A stretch of DNA of 64,000 bases from Octopus bimaculoides (GCF_001194135.2 NC_068981.1:149474084-149538083), one strand, 5' to 3'. Counted from the stretch's first letter, positions 14,151-27,842 are shown. A program made the numbers and translations. Notes: a model not told the origin generated them from the sequence alone.

Positions 14151-14690
14151 TACATCCTCACCCACACCCACACCCCACCCTCACATCCCCACATTCACAC
14201 CACACATCAACATACCACCACACCACACCACACCACACCACATCACACCACCCATACCACTCCACACACACTAGTACTGACCACTTCCAAGCACCCACAC
14301 CACACACCATCATCTGCACAACCATACACCATCATCCGCACACTTACACACCATCATTCACACATACACACGTCAAAGTCACTAGCTCCTATCCACACAC
14401 GTACACTTACACACTCTCACATACACCCATGCATGTGCAACTTCGTTTCGGGAGCACCACTACCTTATTATCTCCTCTTCTTCCAAACTCTCCTATCAAA
14501 CTATTTTTTCCCAACCAGCCGCCATGATTGATCACTAAATCCACAAGTTCTTTTAATTCTCTCTGTTTATTTCCTCATTTTCCTTTCTGTTGAAGGGCGT
14601 AGGCTCGAAACGTAAAAAACTTTCTCACTTTCCTGCCTGTTGTTCGTACAACTGCCTTCGTCGTTTGTTTTTCTGCAAATTTCAACTATA
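14150..14690 (+). mobile_element. Putative Penelope-like element terminal region
   Basis: CA-rich tract followed by a minimal hammerhead-like motif at 14584-14617; PLE terminal repeats are known to carry such motifs. No RT or GIY-YIG sequence recognised. Confidence 0.4.
14584..14617 (+). ncRNA. Minimal type I hammerhead ribozyme-like motif with a non-canonical core
   Basis: ttt-CTGTTGA-a-GGGC-gtag-GCTC-GAAA-CG-TA-aaa: stem II of 4 bp (one G-U), palindromic ACGT stem III, 3-bp stem I; the core is CUGUUGA instead of CUGANGA. Confidence 0.45.
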
Positions 14691-15659
14691 TATATATATA
14701 TATATCTATATATATATATATATACATATATATNNNNNNNNNNNNNNNNNNNNNNNNNNNNNNNNNNNNNNNNNNNNNNNNNNNNNNNNNNNNNNNNNNN
14801 NNNNNNNNNNNNNNNNNNNNNNNNNNNNNNNNNNNNNNNNNNNNNNNNNNNNNNNNNNNNNNNNNNNNNNNNNNNNNNNNNNNNNNNNNNNNNNNNNNNN
14901 NNNNNNNNNNNNNNNNNNNNNNNNNNNNNNNNNNNNNNNNNNNNNNNNNNNNNNNNNNNNNNNNNNNNNNNNNNNNNNNNNNNNNNNNNNNNNNNNNNNN
15001 NNNNNNNNNNNNNNNNNNNNNNNNNNNNNNNNNNNNNNNNNNNNNNNNNNNNNNNNNNNNNNNNNNNNNNNNNNNNNNNNNNNNNNNNNNNNNNNNNNNN
15101 NNNNNNNNNNNNNNNNNNNNNNNNNNNNNNNNNNNNNNNNNNNNNNNNNNNNNNNNNNNNNNNNNNNNNNNNNNNNNNNNNNNNNNNNNNNNNNNNNNNN
15201 NNNNNNNNNNNNNNNNNNNNNNNNNNNNNNNNNNNNNNNNNNNNNNNNNNNNNNNNNNNNNNNNNNNNNNNNNNNNNNNNNNNNNNNNNNNNNNNNNNNN
15301 NNNNNNNNNNNNNNNNNNNNNNNNNNNNNNNNNNNNNNNNNNNNNNNNNNNNNNNNNNNNNNNNNNNNNTATAGGATGATAAATTGAATATTAATTCAAT
15401 TTAAAACCAAGTGGCCTAGCATATAACAAATCTGAAAATTCAGAAAAAATTGTATTACACGTGTATAAGGGATGACTACTAGGTGGACATCCAATATGCT
15501 AGAAAGAGGTCATCAACGACCCAACCACAAAGAAAAATAATGTTCTCCGGGTTCCTAACCCATGAGCAAAGTGGGGTTAGATGATGGCGGTGGTGTTTTC
15601 AAAGGGATGGCATGTGTAACCTGATCACCTCTGCCGATCAAACTCTCAACCCCACTGAT

Positions 15660-15765
15660 TCTGCCCAAATTTGACGTCATGTTACTTAGCTTGGTTTGAA
15701 ATAAAGAACTTGATTAGCTTAATAATTCAAACTTAATCCCGGGCAAAGCCGGGCTATACTGCTAG
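15660..15765 (+). mobile_element. Helitron 3' terminus
   Basis: GC hairpin CCCGG-gcaaag-CCGGG (15738-15753), 8-nt spacer, CTAG (15762-15765), then T; the 5' boundary is not determined. Confidence 0.6.
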
Positions 15766-16094
15766 TTACTATTAAGATAATAGGTTTTATCTCAGATTTA
15801 GTTTTATAAATTATCATAAGAATTCCAACGATATATTTATGAGAATCGTGCTTAACTGAAGCTATAATAGAATACCAATACCTTGCCACGTACACAAGAT
15901 ATAACGTCCATCTACACCATTTAATCAAAATATTATATCTTATTATATATATTGTATTTTTCATCAATGTTACAAATATTAACCATTTTAATGCTTATCA
16001 TCAATGATGATTATATATTTAATGGTACTTTTTAAGAGTCCATTTACATGCGTGAACACAAGAAAAACCAGTCTCTATTTTAGCATTTAAGATA

Positions 16095-17086
16095 CGTCTC
16101 CTAGAAGATCAAAAATAATTCTTCAAGACAGAGAAAGCAAAAGGAGTTTCTGAACTTGATGGAGGCCATACCGTCTTGTCCCCAAAACTGCTAAAATGCT
16201 CTTTGCACCACTTCTGTGTCAAACTGGATATGTGGGCCGGAGACCCGACTTGAGTGAAGATGTAACGGTCACCGAAGGTTTCTGTGACAATAAGTAACAC
16301 TTTCTCATCCAACATTCTCACACAAGTTTCATTGACCTTGACGCCAGTACCAAAAATCAGGGGTGACTTGGACCCACTAGATACAACTGCGGCTCACACC
16401 ATGAGTGAATCTGACTTCTGACGGCGTAAATGACTCCTGTTATCTTCGGGCAAGTCCTCTGCATTACATGCACAAAGCCTGTCATTCTGCCTGCTGGTAA
16501 CTGCCTCCACAGTGATGATCTCGTACGGCCAGATCAACACTTTGTTAGCAGGGCGCTTCATCTCAGCTAACATGGTTTTACCCCCAGGCGAGGTGTTTTT
16601 TCTTGGAAGCTGCTGAAATTAACTGCAGAGATTGTATTTTGCAAGCAATTAGCTTTAAATTCCCTTTAAATAAAAATCCTGTGCATTAAAGATTTCGAAA
16701 TATCAAGAGATTTGCAGTTTTTCTTGCACTCTTGCGGGTATTTCAGTTCACTCGCTTCTTCACAGCTTCAGCAGTTTGTTTGGTACTATCAGGAATTGGC
16801 TTGCTAGAGGTAGCAGCAGACTCCTCATATCGTTTCCAGGTATTGCAGCACACATTCAAGGGTTTAGTTATGTCCTTGTTGTTCACTCCAGCTGGTACCA
16901 AAGCAACAATCTGGTCAGGTTTTACTTTCGACACCATGTTTGTTTATAAACCTGTTATAGACAAACGAAACAAAAGATACAAGAACAAAAGACATGTGCA
17001 GATCTTTAAGTAGAATATAGATAGTATTACCTGAACCGATATTCTTTAGAAAGAGTTTTAAACATGGGTAAATATTTCTGTGATAC

Positions 17087-17090
<4 letters not shown>
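16095..17090 (-). mobile_element. Degenerate Tc1/mariner (maT-like) element
   Basis: MVSKVKPDQIVAL...KKRVN (HTH), VLIWPYEIITVEAVTSRQNDRL (WTDEK-equivalent), SLMV*AAV, YIFTQVGSPAH...WPPSS; 5' end CAGAGTATCACAG abuts a TA array at 17090; the other TIR is not convincingly found. Confidence 0.8.
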
Positions 17091-17130
<40 letters not shown>

Positions 17131-17399
17131 TATATCTGATGTGCACGTTATTCTATCCTTTTACTCTTTCGTTTTTCTCTCTTCCTCTCTCTTATTCGTT
17201 TACCTCCTCTTTTACCGCTATTCTATCCTATTACTTTTTCGTTTTTTTTCTCTCTTCCTTTCTCTTATTCTTCTACCTACCCTTCTCCCACTCCTATTTT
17301 TTTATCACTTATCCTATCTCCAAAGTTTTTCCTCTCCCCTTCACAGTTCTCTGTCTGTCACTCTCTCTCCTTCACTCTTCCTCTTTTGTTTACGTGGCT

Positions 17400-17671
17400 C
17401 CCATATGACCATCGGCCATCTTTCTGCTACTAACTTGTGTTTCTTTCTTTCTTTCTCTCTGTGGTAGCTGGATCAAGGAAGAGGGGCTCTTGTCTGTCTC
17501 CTGTCCAAGTTTGATTTACGCGTTCGCCACCACAACCTCGTTTAGGCTTAGCAGCCCTTCCTGTTTGTTTTCACTGTTCTGTTTTTGTTACCAATTTTGA
17601 CCCTCCGCAAAAATCCCCAATTTTATTTAATTTGCTTTGCGGGGGCAACTGTTTTATCGAAAGTGCATCTT
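17400..17671. repeat. Dispersed repeat, copy 2 (same family as 10620-11200)
   Basis: Aligns directly with 10920-11015; runs into an N-gap. Confidence 0.6.
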
Positions 17672-18072
17672 NNNNNNNNNNNNNNNNNNNNNNNNNNNNN
17701 NNNNNNNNNNNNNNNNNNNNNNNNNNNNNNNNNNNNNNNNNNNNNNNNNNNNNNNNNNNNNNNNNNNNNNNNNNNNNNNNNNNNNNNNNNNNNNNNNNNN
17801 NNNNNNNNNNNNNNNNNNNNNNNNNNNNNNNNNNNNNNNNNNNNNNNNNNNNNNNNNNNNNNNNNNNNNNNNNNNNNNNNNNNNNNNNNNNNNNNNNNNN
17901 NNNNNNNNNNNNNNNNNNNNNNNNNNNNNNNNNNNNNNNNNNNNNNNNNNNNNNNNNNNNNNNNNNNNNNNNNNNNNNNNNNNNNNNNNNNNNNNNNNNN
18001 NNNNNNNNNNNNNNNNNNNNNNNNNNNNNNNNNNNNNNNNNNNNNNNNNNNNNNNNNNNNNNNNNNNNNNNN

Positions 18073-18145
<73 letters not shown>

Positions 18146-18249
18146 TAGATATAGATATAGATATAGATATAGATATATATAAAGATATATATAACTGTGC
18201 ATCAAAATGATTGCATGGAAACATAGTTAACTGTAGTATTTTCCTGAGC

Positions 18250-18460
18250 TAGTATTTGTTATACACGTTCAGTGTTAAATAGTACAAAAATATAACAGTA
18301 GGAGACGGAGATCATCCAGCAGATGTGTTGGTATAGCTATATGTGCATTTCTGCCTCTTTGAGCTTCGTCAGTTGCAAGAACATACTGGCAATCGTATTT
18401 CAAGACGAAATCAGTCACCAGTGATATAGGTCGGTTGTATATAAATTCATTATCTGCAAG
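18250..18460 (-). mobile_element. Tx1/L1-clade reverse transcriptase remnant
   Basis: YNRPISLVTDF...LKEAE(fs)..AIPTHLLDDLRLLL resembles the RT motif NYRPISLL.TD....EAQTCAIP.R.I.DNL.L. Confidence 0.55.
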
Positions 18461-18953
18461 TGTATTAGCTTAAAATACCAATCTTCGTATTATATTTAAT
18501 GTAGATACATCATGGAAAGCTTGATATATTACACATATTGCTATTTGAAACTAACATCGGATACCTCAAATTCCAACCCAGATTAGGTTAAAGAGAGAGA
18601 TACAAAATCATAGTAGAAGGTTAAAACATGTCACAAATAATAGAGTATACTTATAATGTAGGCATTGAAATTGAACACCAGACAAACACAACACGATATA
18701 ATTAGGAATGGATGAACTGAATCGTTTAAAATGACACTAATATTTGACTGATACTTCATTTCATTGGGAGGAAAGGGAAAACTGACCAGTGGAATTTGGA
18801 CAAGAAACGTAAAATCCAGAACAAATACCATTATATCTGATGCTGTATCGATACTGTAAACCCACTGTCCTAAAGGCAAAAGAAGCACATGATAATTTCA
18901 ATATACATATCACTACCAGTCTCATCGGCATCTTACCAGCTACAACTGTATGT

Positions 18954-18989
<36 letters not shown>

Positions 18990-19038
18990 GCACACACACA
19001 CGCACACACACGCAGACACACACGCAGACACACACGCA

Positions 19039-19106
<68 letters not shown>

Positions 19107-19142
19107 TTACTAGAGGAGACTTCAATATATTCAACACATAAC

Positions 19143-19875
19143 GGTTGCAAACCTTCACAGACAGATGATATTGAAGTGGTCATTGTCTAAATCGAAGATC
19201 CGCAGGTCAACTTATGATATAAATACTTGGGGTTTGGCATTGATATTACACAGCAAGAAAATTTTCCGCCTTGTTTGTGTTTTTATTGGCTCAATTCCTT
19301 TCTATCCAGTTTTCGCTATGGGTATATTTATCTCATTTCTCCTTATGTATTTTCTTTATTTTATATATTGATACGAATAACCTCACATAAATTTAGTTTA
19401 AACCTTTATTAATTCACAATAAAACAACAATATTCCACATAACAAAGAGAAAAAACAACAACAACCAATAGAAAGGGAACCAAAGATACACACTTTAAAA
19501 TAAAATGGTTATTAGAAAAGTTTACGACCACATTTTTTCTAATCACCGCAATACACTTAGGAAAAATTACAACACGATGGCTAGTAAACAACTCTCTAGG
19601 TCACCTGGCCTTTTTTCTTAAATTCATAAAGTAATCATACGATGGAGAATAATTGGCCATAACAGGTGCAAACCTTCACTGACAAATTATATTGAAGCAA
19701 TCATTGTCTAAATCGAAGACCCACAGATCAACTTATGGTCTGGCATTGGTATTATACAACTAGAAAATTTTCCGCATTGTGTCTTTTTATTGTCACAGTT
19801 CCTTTCTATCCAGTTTTCACTATGGGTATATTTTTCCCATTAGTTTTCCTTATGTATATTCATTATTTTATTTGT
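19143..19875 (+). repeat. Local direct duplication of ~220 bp (19143-19370 and 19665-19875)
   Basis: Shared gcaaaccttcac.gaca...cattgtctaaatcgaaga...ttcctttctatccagttttc.ctatgggtatattt. Confidence 0.9.
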
Positions 19876-20958
19876 CCCAGATGACGCTATCTGATATTTT
19901 CTTAAATTATTTTTCTTTGTGTAAAACAGCTTCTTATTTTCCAGCTGGACATCAGCAGCGTCAGATTCACCTGCATAAAAGTCTGCAAAGGTTAATGGAA
20001 CACATCATTCTAATTTCATTACCTTAAAATAGTTGTTTATAATACTGAAGTGCTATTTAGGTCTTCTATTTTGGTTTTACAGAGTTGATACATTATTTTT
20101 GGAATGCTATGCTTATGTTCATTGTTTCTAATATCCAAGACAAGGGTATATTGTGAAAGTATTTCGGTAATGAATCCACGCCATACTTATCTTCTTGTTC
20201 TTTATTCTGCTGCTTGCAAATAATACTTGTTATAAAAATAGTTTTGACTTTTGTACATTTGATCTAATGGCAAATTTCATTGTTTTGCAGGAAGCACTCT
20301 AACTACTGGAGAATACGCAACCATTAGAGTTTTGAATATTTAGGGAAAAACAGATTAGTGTCCTATAATTTTGGAGACCCTGGTATATTTGTTTAGGGAA
20401 ATTCATATGGTATTCTTCTGTGGTAATACGTTGGTTATTGATTATTGCATTTTTAGTTAATTAATTTCTGTTTTGCTGCAGCATTATGTGTAGAGATTAA
20501 GCAGGTCCGTACCAAGACTAGCTGTTGCCTCAAACACGGCCCTGCAATGGTATTCCATTGATGTTTTCTTGTATGACGGGTCATTAAAAAATGATAATTA
20601 CAAAGTATGAAATAAAACATTTAAAGTTCAGCCTTTCCCCACTGCAGACCCAATAACAATATTAAATGTTACTTGTATTTAAAAAAAAATTATTTAAGCC
20701 CAAACAGCATTCAGCAATATGAGTAAATTACTTTATTATAATTAGGTTAGCAGTATATTTCTGGGGCATAGTGTAGCTATGCAATTTGTACTATGGTAAA
20801 AGGCTCTGTGGTGCGCCTTTCTTTGGTGCCCTTATATTACATACCGGTTAATCTACGAGTATTCCTAAATTCTCTGATATTATGCTGGATCATGCATTTA
20901 AAGTCATCGTAGTTGTTTTCTCTTTTTTTTTCCACCTCTGTTGTGCCTCTGTGTTGTA

Positions 20959-21812
20959 CAAGGTCTGATCAATAACTATCCGGACTTGCTACAGTAACGA
21001 AGCTAAAGTACTCGGAGAGAAATAGCATGGCAAAGATTGACCTTGAACTTTGTTGTGGATGCACACTAAGTTTTATCGTTTTAGCCCACTTCTGCTGTTT
21101 ACAGAAGTGCTTGGAAGGAATGTGTGTAGCGTGTGATCGTTACATTGACCATGACAAAGTTATCATGGTGATATCTGATCTGAGGCCTCAGCAAAGTTGC
21201 AGAAAGTGTATGGAGAGGAGTGTATGAGTTGCATACAAGTGTACGAGTAGTTCAGACGTTTCTAAGATGGTCGAAAAAATGTCGATTTTGACGAACGTTC
21301 GAGGAGACCCGCAACCAGCAGAACTGAGAAAAACATCGTAGGTCTGCGTGCAGCTGTGAGGTGAAATCGTCAAATCACCATCTGTGAGTTATCAGAGGAT
21401 GCACAGATTAGTTGTAGTTCAGCTCAGTCCATTATCACTGAAGATTTGGGCACGAGACGCATGTCTGCCAAGTTTGTGCCAAAACCACTTTCAGCTGACC
21501 AAAAAGACACTCGGGTTTCAGTTGCAAAAAATCTCCTTGATTGTGTCGAGAAACTTTGCGTAGGCCGCTGAGCAGGTATCACCGAGCTTTTGGCAAAATT
21601 TGATGCAATTTCTCTGCTGAACTTTGTGTGACAATCACACGCTTCACACCTTACTTCCAAGCAATGCTGTAAACGGGATGTGAGCTAGAACGTTCAAACG
21701 TTGTGTGCATGCACAACAGAGTTCAACGTCAATCTTTGACCAGCGGCTTAACTTCGCATGCTTTAGCTTCGTTACTATGGCAACAGACCAGATACTTATT
21801 GATCAGACCACG
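20959..21812 (+). mobile_element. Mariner derivative with two 5' ends (~240-260 bp inverted arms), TA TSD
   Basis: TA|caaggtctgatcaataa...ttattgatcagaccacg|TA; the left part encodes LQKVYGEECMS...MSAKFVPKPLSADQK; the right arm read on the minus strand encodes QQRNCIKFCQKLGDT (transposase N-terminus). Confidence 0.85.
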
Positions 21813-21829
21813 TACACTTGGATCTACAT

Positions 21830-24800
21830 AATTTCAAACTATGAAAGTATTCCCTTTTGTATTGATATCTGGGCAAAACATTCCAGTGTTTGTTTTTAAG
21901 CACCAGCACTTTTGGAAATATCTTATCCAAAATACATTTCTCAGATTACTTGCATATTTTCCCCAATCCAGGATATATATTTAATTTTCTTGATATTGTA
22001 ACAACTTAAAATTTAACTTTCTTTCATGCTATTCTAATTAAATACCCACCTTTTTATTCCATCGAAGAGGGATAGTTGTTTCACATTTTCTCAATTCTAT
22101 ATACAATATATTCTGGTAATTTTGATAGACTTCGGTGAGGTTCTACTTACGCTATCCGGGAAGAACATGGTTTCCATAGATACTGCCATGAATAAAGAGT
22201 CAGAAAGGTTATTTCATCTTTTCTTTCTTAGGTGTACTTCTGTGTAAAAGATCCCTTGAAAATTCTGCTTTTGTTTCGTTAATATTTCCTCTAGATCTTT
22301 GTTTATCCATATCGTGGGGATGTACTTCCGTCCATCGATATTTATTGATTTTGTTGCATTGAGTTTAGCTATTATTTATTGTTTCTTTCTATTAGGCTTC
22401 CTTTACTCTTGACACTGCTTATTCAGGTTGAAAGCTGTGTATATGAATGCTGTTTACTATCTGCGTTTGAGAGTATATTTGTGGTTCAGTATTTACACAC
22501 TTATTTCAATAGAGTCTTGTGCAGTTTTCATCTTTTCGATATTCGTTACTTCTCTGTCGTTTCTTTTATAAAATTACTTCTCTTCTTATGGGTGTGGCAG
22601 TTTCTGTTGTGTTATTTGAAATGTGTTGTGAGGGCTCGCATGTTTTATGTATTTTGGAGTTTGCTTCGCTACTTCTGTTGCTTTATAAAACCTTATCTCT
22701 TTGCGTGTGGTTGGTTCTTTTGCATATTTTCAATGTATGTTGTTTGTGTAAGGTGTGAGTTGTTCTTTTACTATTTCTGATATCTCTTCATTGTTTATTA
22801 CAAATCGCTGTACACTGGGTAATATACATGAGTTTAGTATTGTCTTGTATCTTGGTTTTACTTTCACCTTTATGGTGCTAGTGTGTAATGGTATGGTATA
22901 ACTGTGTAATATGCATGTGCAATTTCTAAGTGTTATTTATCGTTCCCTTGTTTCCTCTGTTTTATTTTGATGGACGTTTTCAATAGAAAGTTAGTTATTT
23001 TTGTTAGAGATAACCGTTTGAGAAATTCCCGCTCTTGAAACTTTTGCTGCATGTGCTTCATAATGTGATTGCGTTTAATATATTAAACTTATGATACAGA
23101 ATTCCTCATAAATCCTGAACCATAGGATATTGTTTTTATTGATGTCTGTATAACTGACTGTGTTTGATACTATTTTGCATAAAGTTAGTTTCGTCTTAAA
23201 TTCTTTCTATTTGTTCTCCTTGAGTGTCGTTGTTCAGTTCTTTCTATCCTGTGACCACATGCTGCTATTTGTTATTATAAACATTATATAGGAGGCGAGT
23301 TGACAGAATCGTTACAGCGTCTGAAAGAATGATTTATGATATTTGTCCCAACTCTTTACATACTGAGTTCAATTTTCACAGAGGTTAACGTTACCTTTCA
23401 TCCTTTCAGTGTCTATTAAATAAAGAACCAGCCAAGTACTGTAGTCGATGGAATTAACCAACCCCTTCCCTCAAAATTGTTGGTTTTGTGCCTTAATTTT
23501 GAAACCGTTATAAACAATATTTGTGCAAAATCAAGAGAGTAAAAACATAAAACATGCATTAGTGTGCATTGTGCGTTCGATTAAAAGATTTGTGTACACC
23601 GTTTATCTTTCATCTTTTATGTTTTACTTGTTTCAGTCATTGGACTGTGGCCATGCTGAGATTTGGTCGAAAAAATCAACCGCAGTACTCATCTTTTACG
23701 ACTGGTATTTACACTAGCGATCTGTTTCGCCAAATCGCTAGGTTACAGTGATGTAAAGAAACCAACGCCGGTTGTCAAGGGATGTTGAGTAACAAACACA
23801 AATTAAAGCATACGCACATATACATATTTGCACACTCACTATTTTTCTCTCTCACAAACACACACACACACACGCACCCCCCACACAGGCACACACACAA
23901 CCACATACATACATACACACATATATAGGACGGACCCCCACACAGTTTCTATTTACCAAAATCACTTATATGGTATTGGCCGGTCCGGTGATATAGTAGA
24001 AGACACATGTCTAAGGTACCGCACAGTGTGCCTGGACTTGAAAACACTTGGCAGCAAATAAAATCCCAGAGTTTCTTAAAGAATACAGCCAGGCCTGTAC
24101 CCATAATGTTAATATTTACTTTTGGATTATGTTCTTTTTTCTTTTTGTGGGGAGAAGGTGGTGCATTTCCTTTTATTTGAGCAGCGTGTCCCATGAATCT
24201 CTTTGATTTTCAGACATTCCTCAGCTCCTACTGTTATCTTTCATTCTATAGATTCAATGTTGCCATTCAGCTTATAGTTCTATATCCAAAGCTGAATGAA
24301 AACAGTGTAACAATTATTATCCTCATTAACATTATTGTATTTCAGGATTCTTATATATAGGTCATGCTTTTATTACACTTCCAAGATACACCTAGTGTAG
24401 ACCATGGGTAATGAGGAATTGGAGTTCTTTCTCGGACATCGTTGAAAACCTTTATATAGAGGTTCCTATGGAGTTTTGCATAGAGTTGATGAAAATATAC
24501 CGAGATGGCAATGCTGCTAGGTGTTATATCTTCTTGTCACATGAAGTACAGACATAGTCGTTGGAATACTAAGACACTAAAATTTATTACAGCAGCTGAA
24601 ATTGTTCTTTGCTATTTTCTTTTCTTTTCATGACCCATATGCCATCAAGTCTACATTAAAACGCTGCTCAGTATCAGCTTTTATGTGAAAAAAGGTTTGA
24701 TAATATATTTGTGTATGTCGCATTTTGCCGACATATTACAATGGATGACATCTAAAACTCAGATATTTCCCTGTCTAACAAACACCTTGGCCTCTTCTTC

Positions 24801-25740
24801 AGTATATTTAAGAGGTAGATGAAGCTGAAGAATGAAGTTCTGCTTTCGTATATATTTCATGAAACGTGATTAAGAGTGTATGAGTAGGCAGACATTCAAG
24901 TTTTAATTACAAATTTCCAGCAAATTTTCAAATTTTCATTAGATTTGGCAATTTAATGAAGGAAGTCTACTTGTGTTCTGATGTACTCTTTGTGGCTATG
25001 TTGTCTCAGAGATAGTATTAAATTTTGTGTTTATATTTATATCGTAATTAGGCAAGTGAAATTTTATTATTCAGGTTTATCATCGCACCATTAAATGTAC
25101 TTTACATTCAAGCAGTGTGTATGTAGGTAATTGATTTTGGATGACTTGAAAGATTTGTATGCTAAATCAAATTTTATGTATACTAAGATTACTTTTTTTA
25201 ATTGTTACTTGGTATTGCACTAGTTAACTGTGGACGCTTTCATAGAATTGGAAGGTGTCTATGTAAATATGTGCTGCAGTTTTATTGATCTGAATGTGTC
25301 TTGTGTAGTATTTCAGCAATAATTTGTGGTACTATAGTTTGAATATGTCAATATGGTGTTTTCATTTCGTTCATGTTATATTCTAATGTAACCGGTGCAC
25401 CATTGAATATCTTAATCAATTTTGCTCCCATAGGCTATATTTAGATTATTTTAATACACTTGCCTTTTGCGAGTTCTTTGATAATCGTAGAAACAATATT
25501 TTGGTTAAAAGTGATCAAGGTCTCCTACAGAGGTGTTATAACTGAGTTTGATGCTCTTAGAGTACCAATTTGCTTTAGTTGTCAACAGAGACAGAAACTT
25601 CAATATTATCTTAGTCATGGAATCCCAATTTACGAGATTTTGCATTTGCCAAATCTGAGAGAATAAAAATCTGTGGGCCTTGGATTTAGGATAAAAGATA
25701 CGCAATAGCATATTGCAAGGTATATATTTTGTCATCCCCT
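21830..25740 (-). mobile_element. Very decayed L1/Tx1-clade LINE remnants interrupted by SINEs
   Basis: Strong strand skew; a zf-RVT-like segment near 24.7-24.9 kb and possible ORF1/endonuclease-like pieces at 21.8-23.3 kb; no intact motif, boundaries approximate. Confidence 0.35.
23603..24056 (-). mobile_element. tRNA-derived SINE with internal microsatellite
   Basis: Same tail and central agtagaagacac..aagg block as 52321-52673. Confidence 0.75.
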
Positions 25741-26644
25741 TTTATGATTCAGCCGATTCATTAACCTTAATAATAACTACTACTAGGTAGGTCAGTGTAG
25801 TAAAAAAGACGAGAATTTAATTACGAGAATGCATATCTTTTTTCTTTTATGTTTTACTTGTTCAAGTAGTTAAACTGCGGTCCTGCTAGGGTAATGCCGT
25901 GAAGAATTTTTAGTCGAATGAATCGACCTCAAGTACTTATATTTTTGAAGAATGCTACTTATTCTACCGGTTCCTTTTGCCTAATCGCTTGGTTACTGGG
26001 ACGTAAACACATCAACATCGGTCGACAAGTAGTGGTGGGGGACAAACACAGACACAAAAGTACACACACATGCGCACCCACTTCCACACACAAACACACA
26101 CACATACACACACACACACACACACAGAGTCAATTTCTTTATTAACCATGNNNNNNNNNNNNNNNNNNNNNNNNNNNNNNNNNNNNNNNNNNNNNNNNNN
26201 NNNNNNNNNNNNNNNNNNNNNNNNNNNNNNNNNNNNNNNNNNNNNNNNNNNNNNNNNNNNNNNNNNNNNNNNNNNNNNNNNNNNNNNNNNNNNNNNNNNN
26301 NNNNNNNNNNNNNNNNNNNNNNNNNNNNNNNNNNNNNNNNNNNNNNNNNNNNNNNNNNNNNNNNNNNNNNNNNNNNNNNNNNNNNNNNNNNNNNNNNNNN
26401 NNNNNNNNNNNNNNNNNNNNNNNNNNNNNNNNNNNNNNNNNNNNNNNNNNNNNNNNNNNNNNNNNNNNNNNNNNNNNNNNNNNNNNNNNNNNNNNNNNNN
26501 NNNNNNNNNNNNNNNNNNNNNNNNNNNNNNNNNNNNNNNNNNNNNNNNNNNNNNNNNNNNNNNNNNNNNNNNNNNNNNNNNNNNNNNNNNNNNNNNNNNN
26601 NNNNNNNNNNNNNNNNNNNNNNNNNNNNNNNNNNNNNNNNNNNN

Positions 26645-26677
<33 letters not shown>

Positions 26678-27420
26678 TTAGGACATCTGTATATTATGGG
26701 TACAAGTTCGGTCAAGGTTGACTTTTCCTTTCATCCTTTCGGGGTCAATATATTCGTTAATCCTCTTTCAGTGTTTAAAGCCGCGTACCAATAGTAGGAA
26801 AAACCTCCCAAATATTCCAGACTGAAAGGATATGATCATTTAGTTTCGAGGTGAGTTCATATTGGCGAAAATAATGTTATGTCGTTTCCATCGCTATTTG
26901 CAGCTCTTATGCTTATTCCATGAATTGCTATTCTCTACCTACTAGAGTTAATAGAGTTGACTAGATGTTGCTCTGTACATCTAATTATAAAAGGTCAAAC
27001 AATTGATCCTAATTAATGCATTTCGAGGCTGGAATAAATAAATATTTGTTCATATTTTATATGATTTCACACCATTTCAATCCAAGTTCAAAACCTAATG
27101 TATCGACTATTTATATTTATCGACCTGCAATCGATAAAATATGACATATTAAAATAAACATAATTGGGTCGATTCAATAAGATGTATGACTCAAGCAAGC
27201 AAACAAACAGGCGGACAAACAAACAAACAAACAAACAAACAAGAACAACAACAAAACAACAGAAAAATTGTCTGGCACTCAGTCAAGAAATCAATAATGA
27301 AATCAATATTCTCATTTGTTTCATTTTTCTTCTTTCTATACTGTTTATTCCTCAGTTCCCAACTATATCATGCATCCAGGAGACATGTGTCCAATAATAT
27401 GTATATATTATATGCACACA

Positions 27421-27462
<42 letters not shown>

Positions 27463-27842
27463 GATAAGCCAGCTGGAGGAGATGTCCTCCTGGGGCTAAA
27501 AGCAACAGTAACATCCACCCCTAGGGGTCAGCCACACTTAAGTGGCAATATACTACACTTTATCGTGCAGTTACTGTTAATACTTCATTTAGAGAATTAA
27601 CATTGCTATATATATATATATATANNNNNNNNNNNNNNNNNNNNNNNNNNNNNNNNNNNNNNNNNNNNNNNNNNNNNNNNNNNNNNNNNNNNNNNNNNNN
27701 NNNNNNNNNNNNNNNNNNNNNNNNNNNNNNNNNNNNNNNNNNNNNNNNNNNNNNNGTGTATATATATATATGTGTGTGAGTGTATATATACATTTATGTA
27801 TATACATATACACATAGAGACACACACACATATACATATATA

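Noticed and set aside
18387-18453. Apparent exon (ctaat..ttgcag|...|gtatgt) encoding DNEFIYNRPISLVTDFVLKYDC, first read as ZP-domain-like
   Set aside because: It is better explained by the LINE RT motif YRPISL, with the downstream AIP..L.D.L segment continuing past the donor.
20518-20545. Second Helitron 3' end on the minus strand
   Set aside because: CTAG|T is present but the hairpin is only 3 bp.
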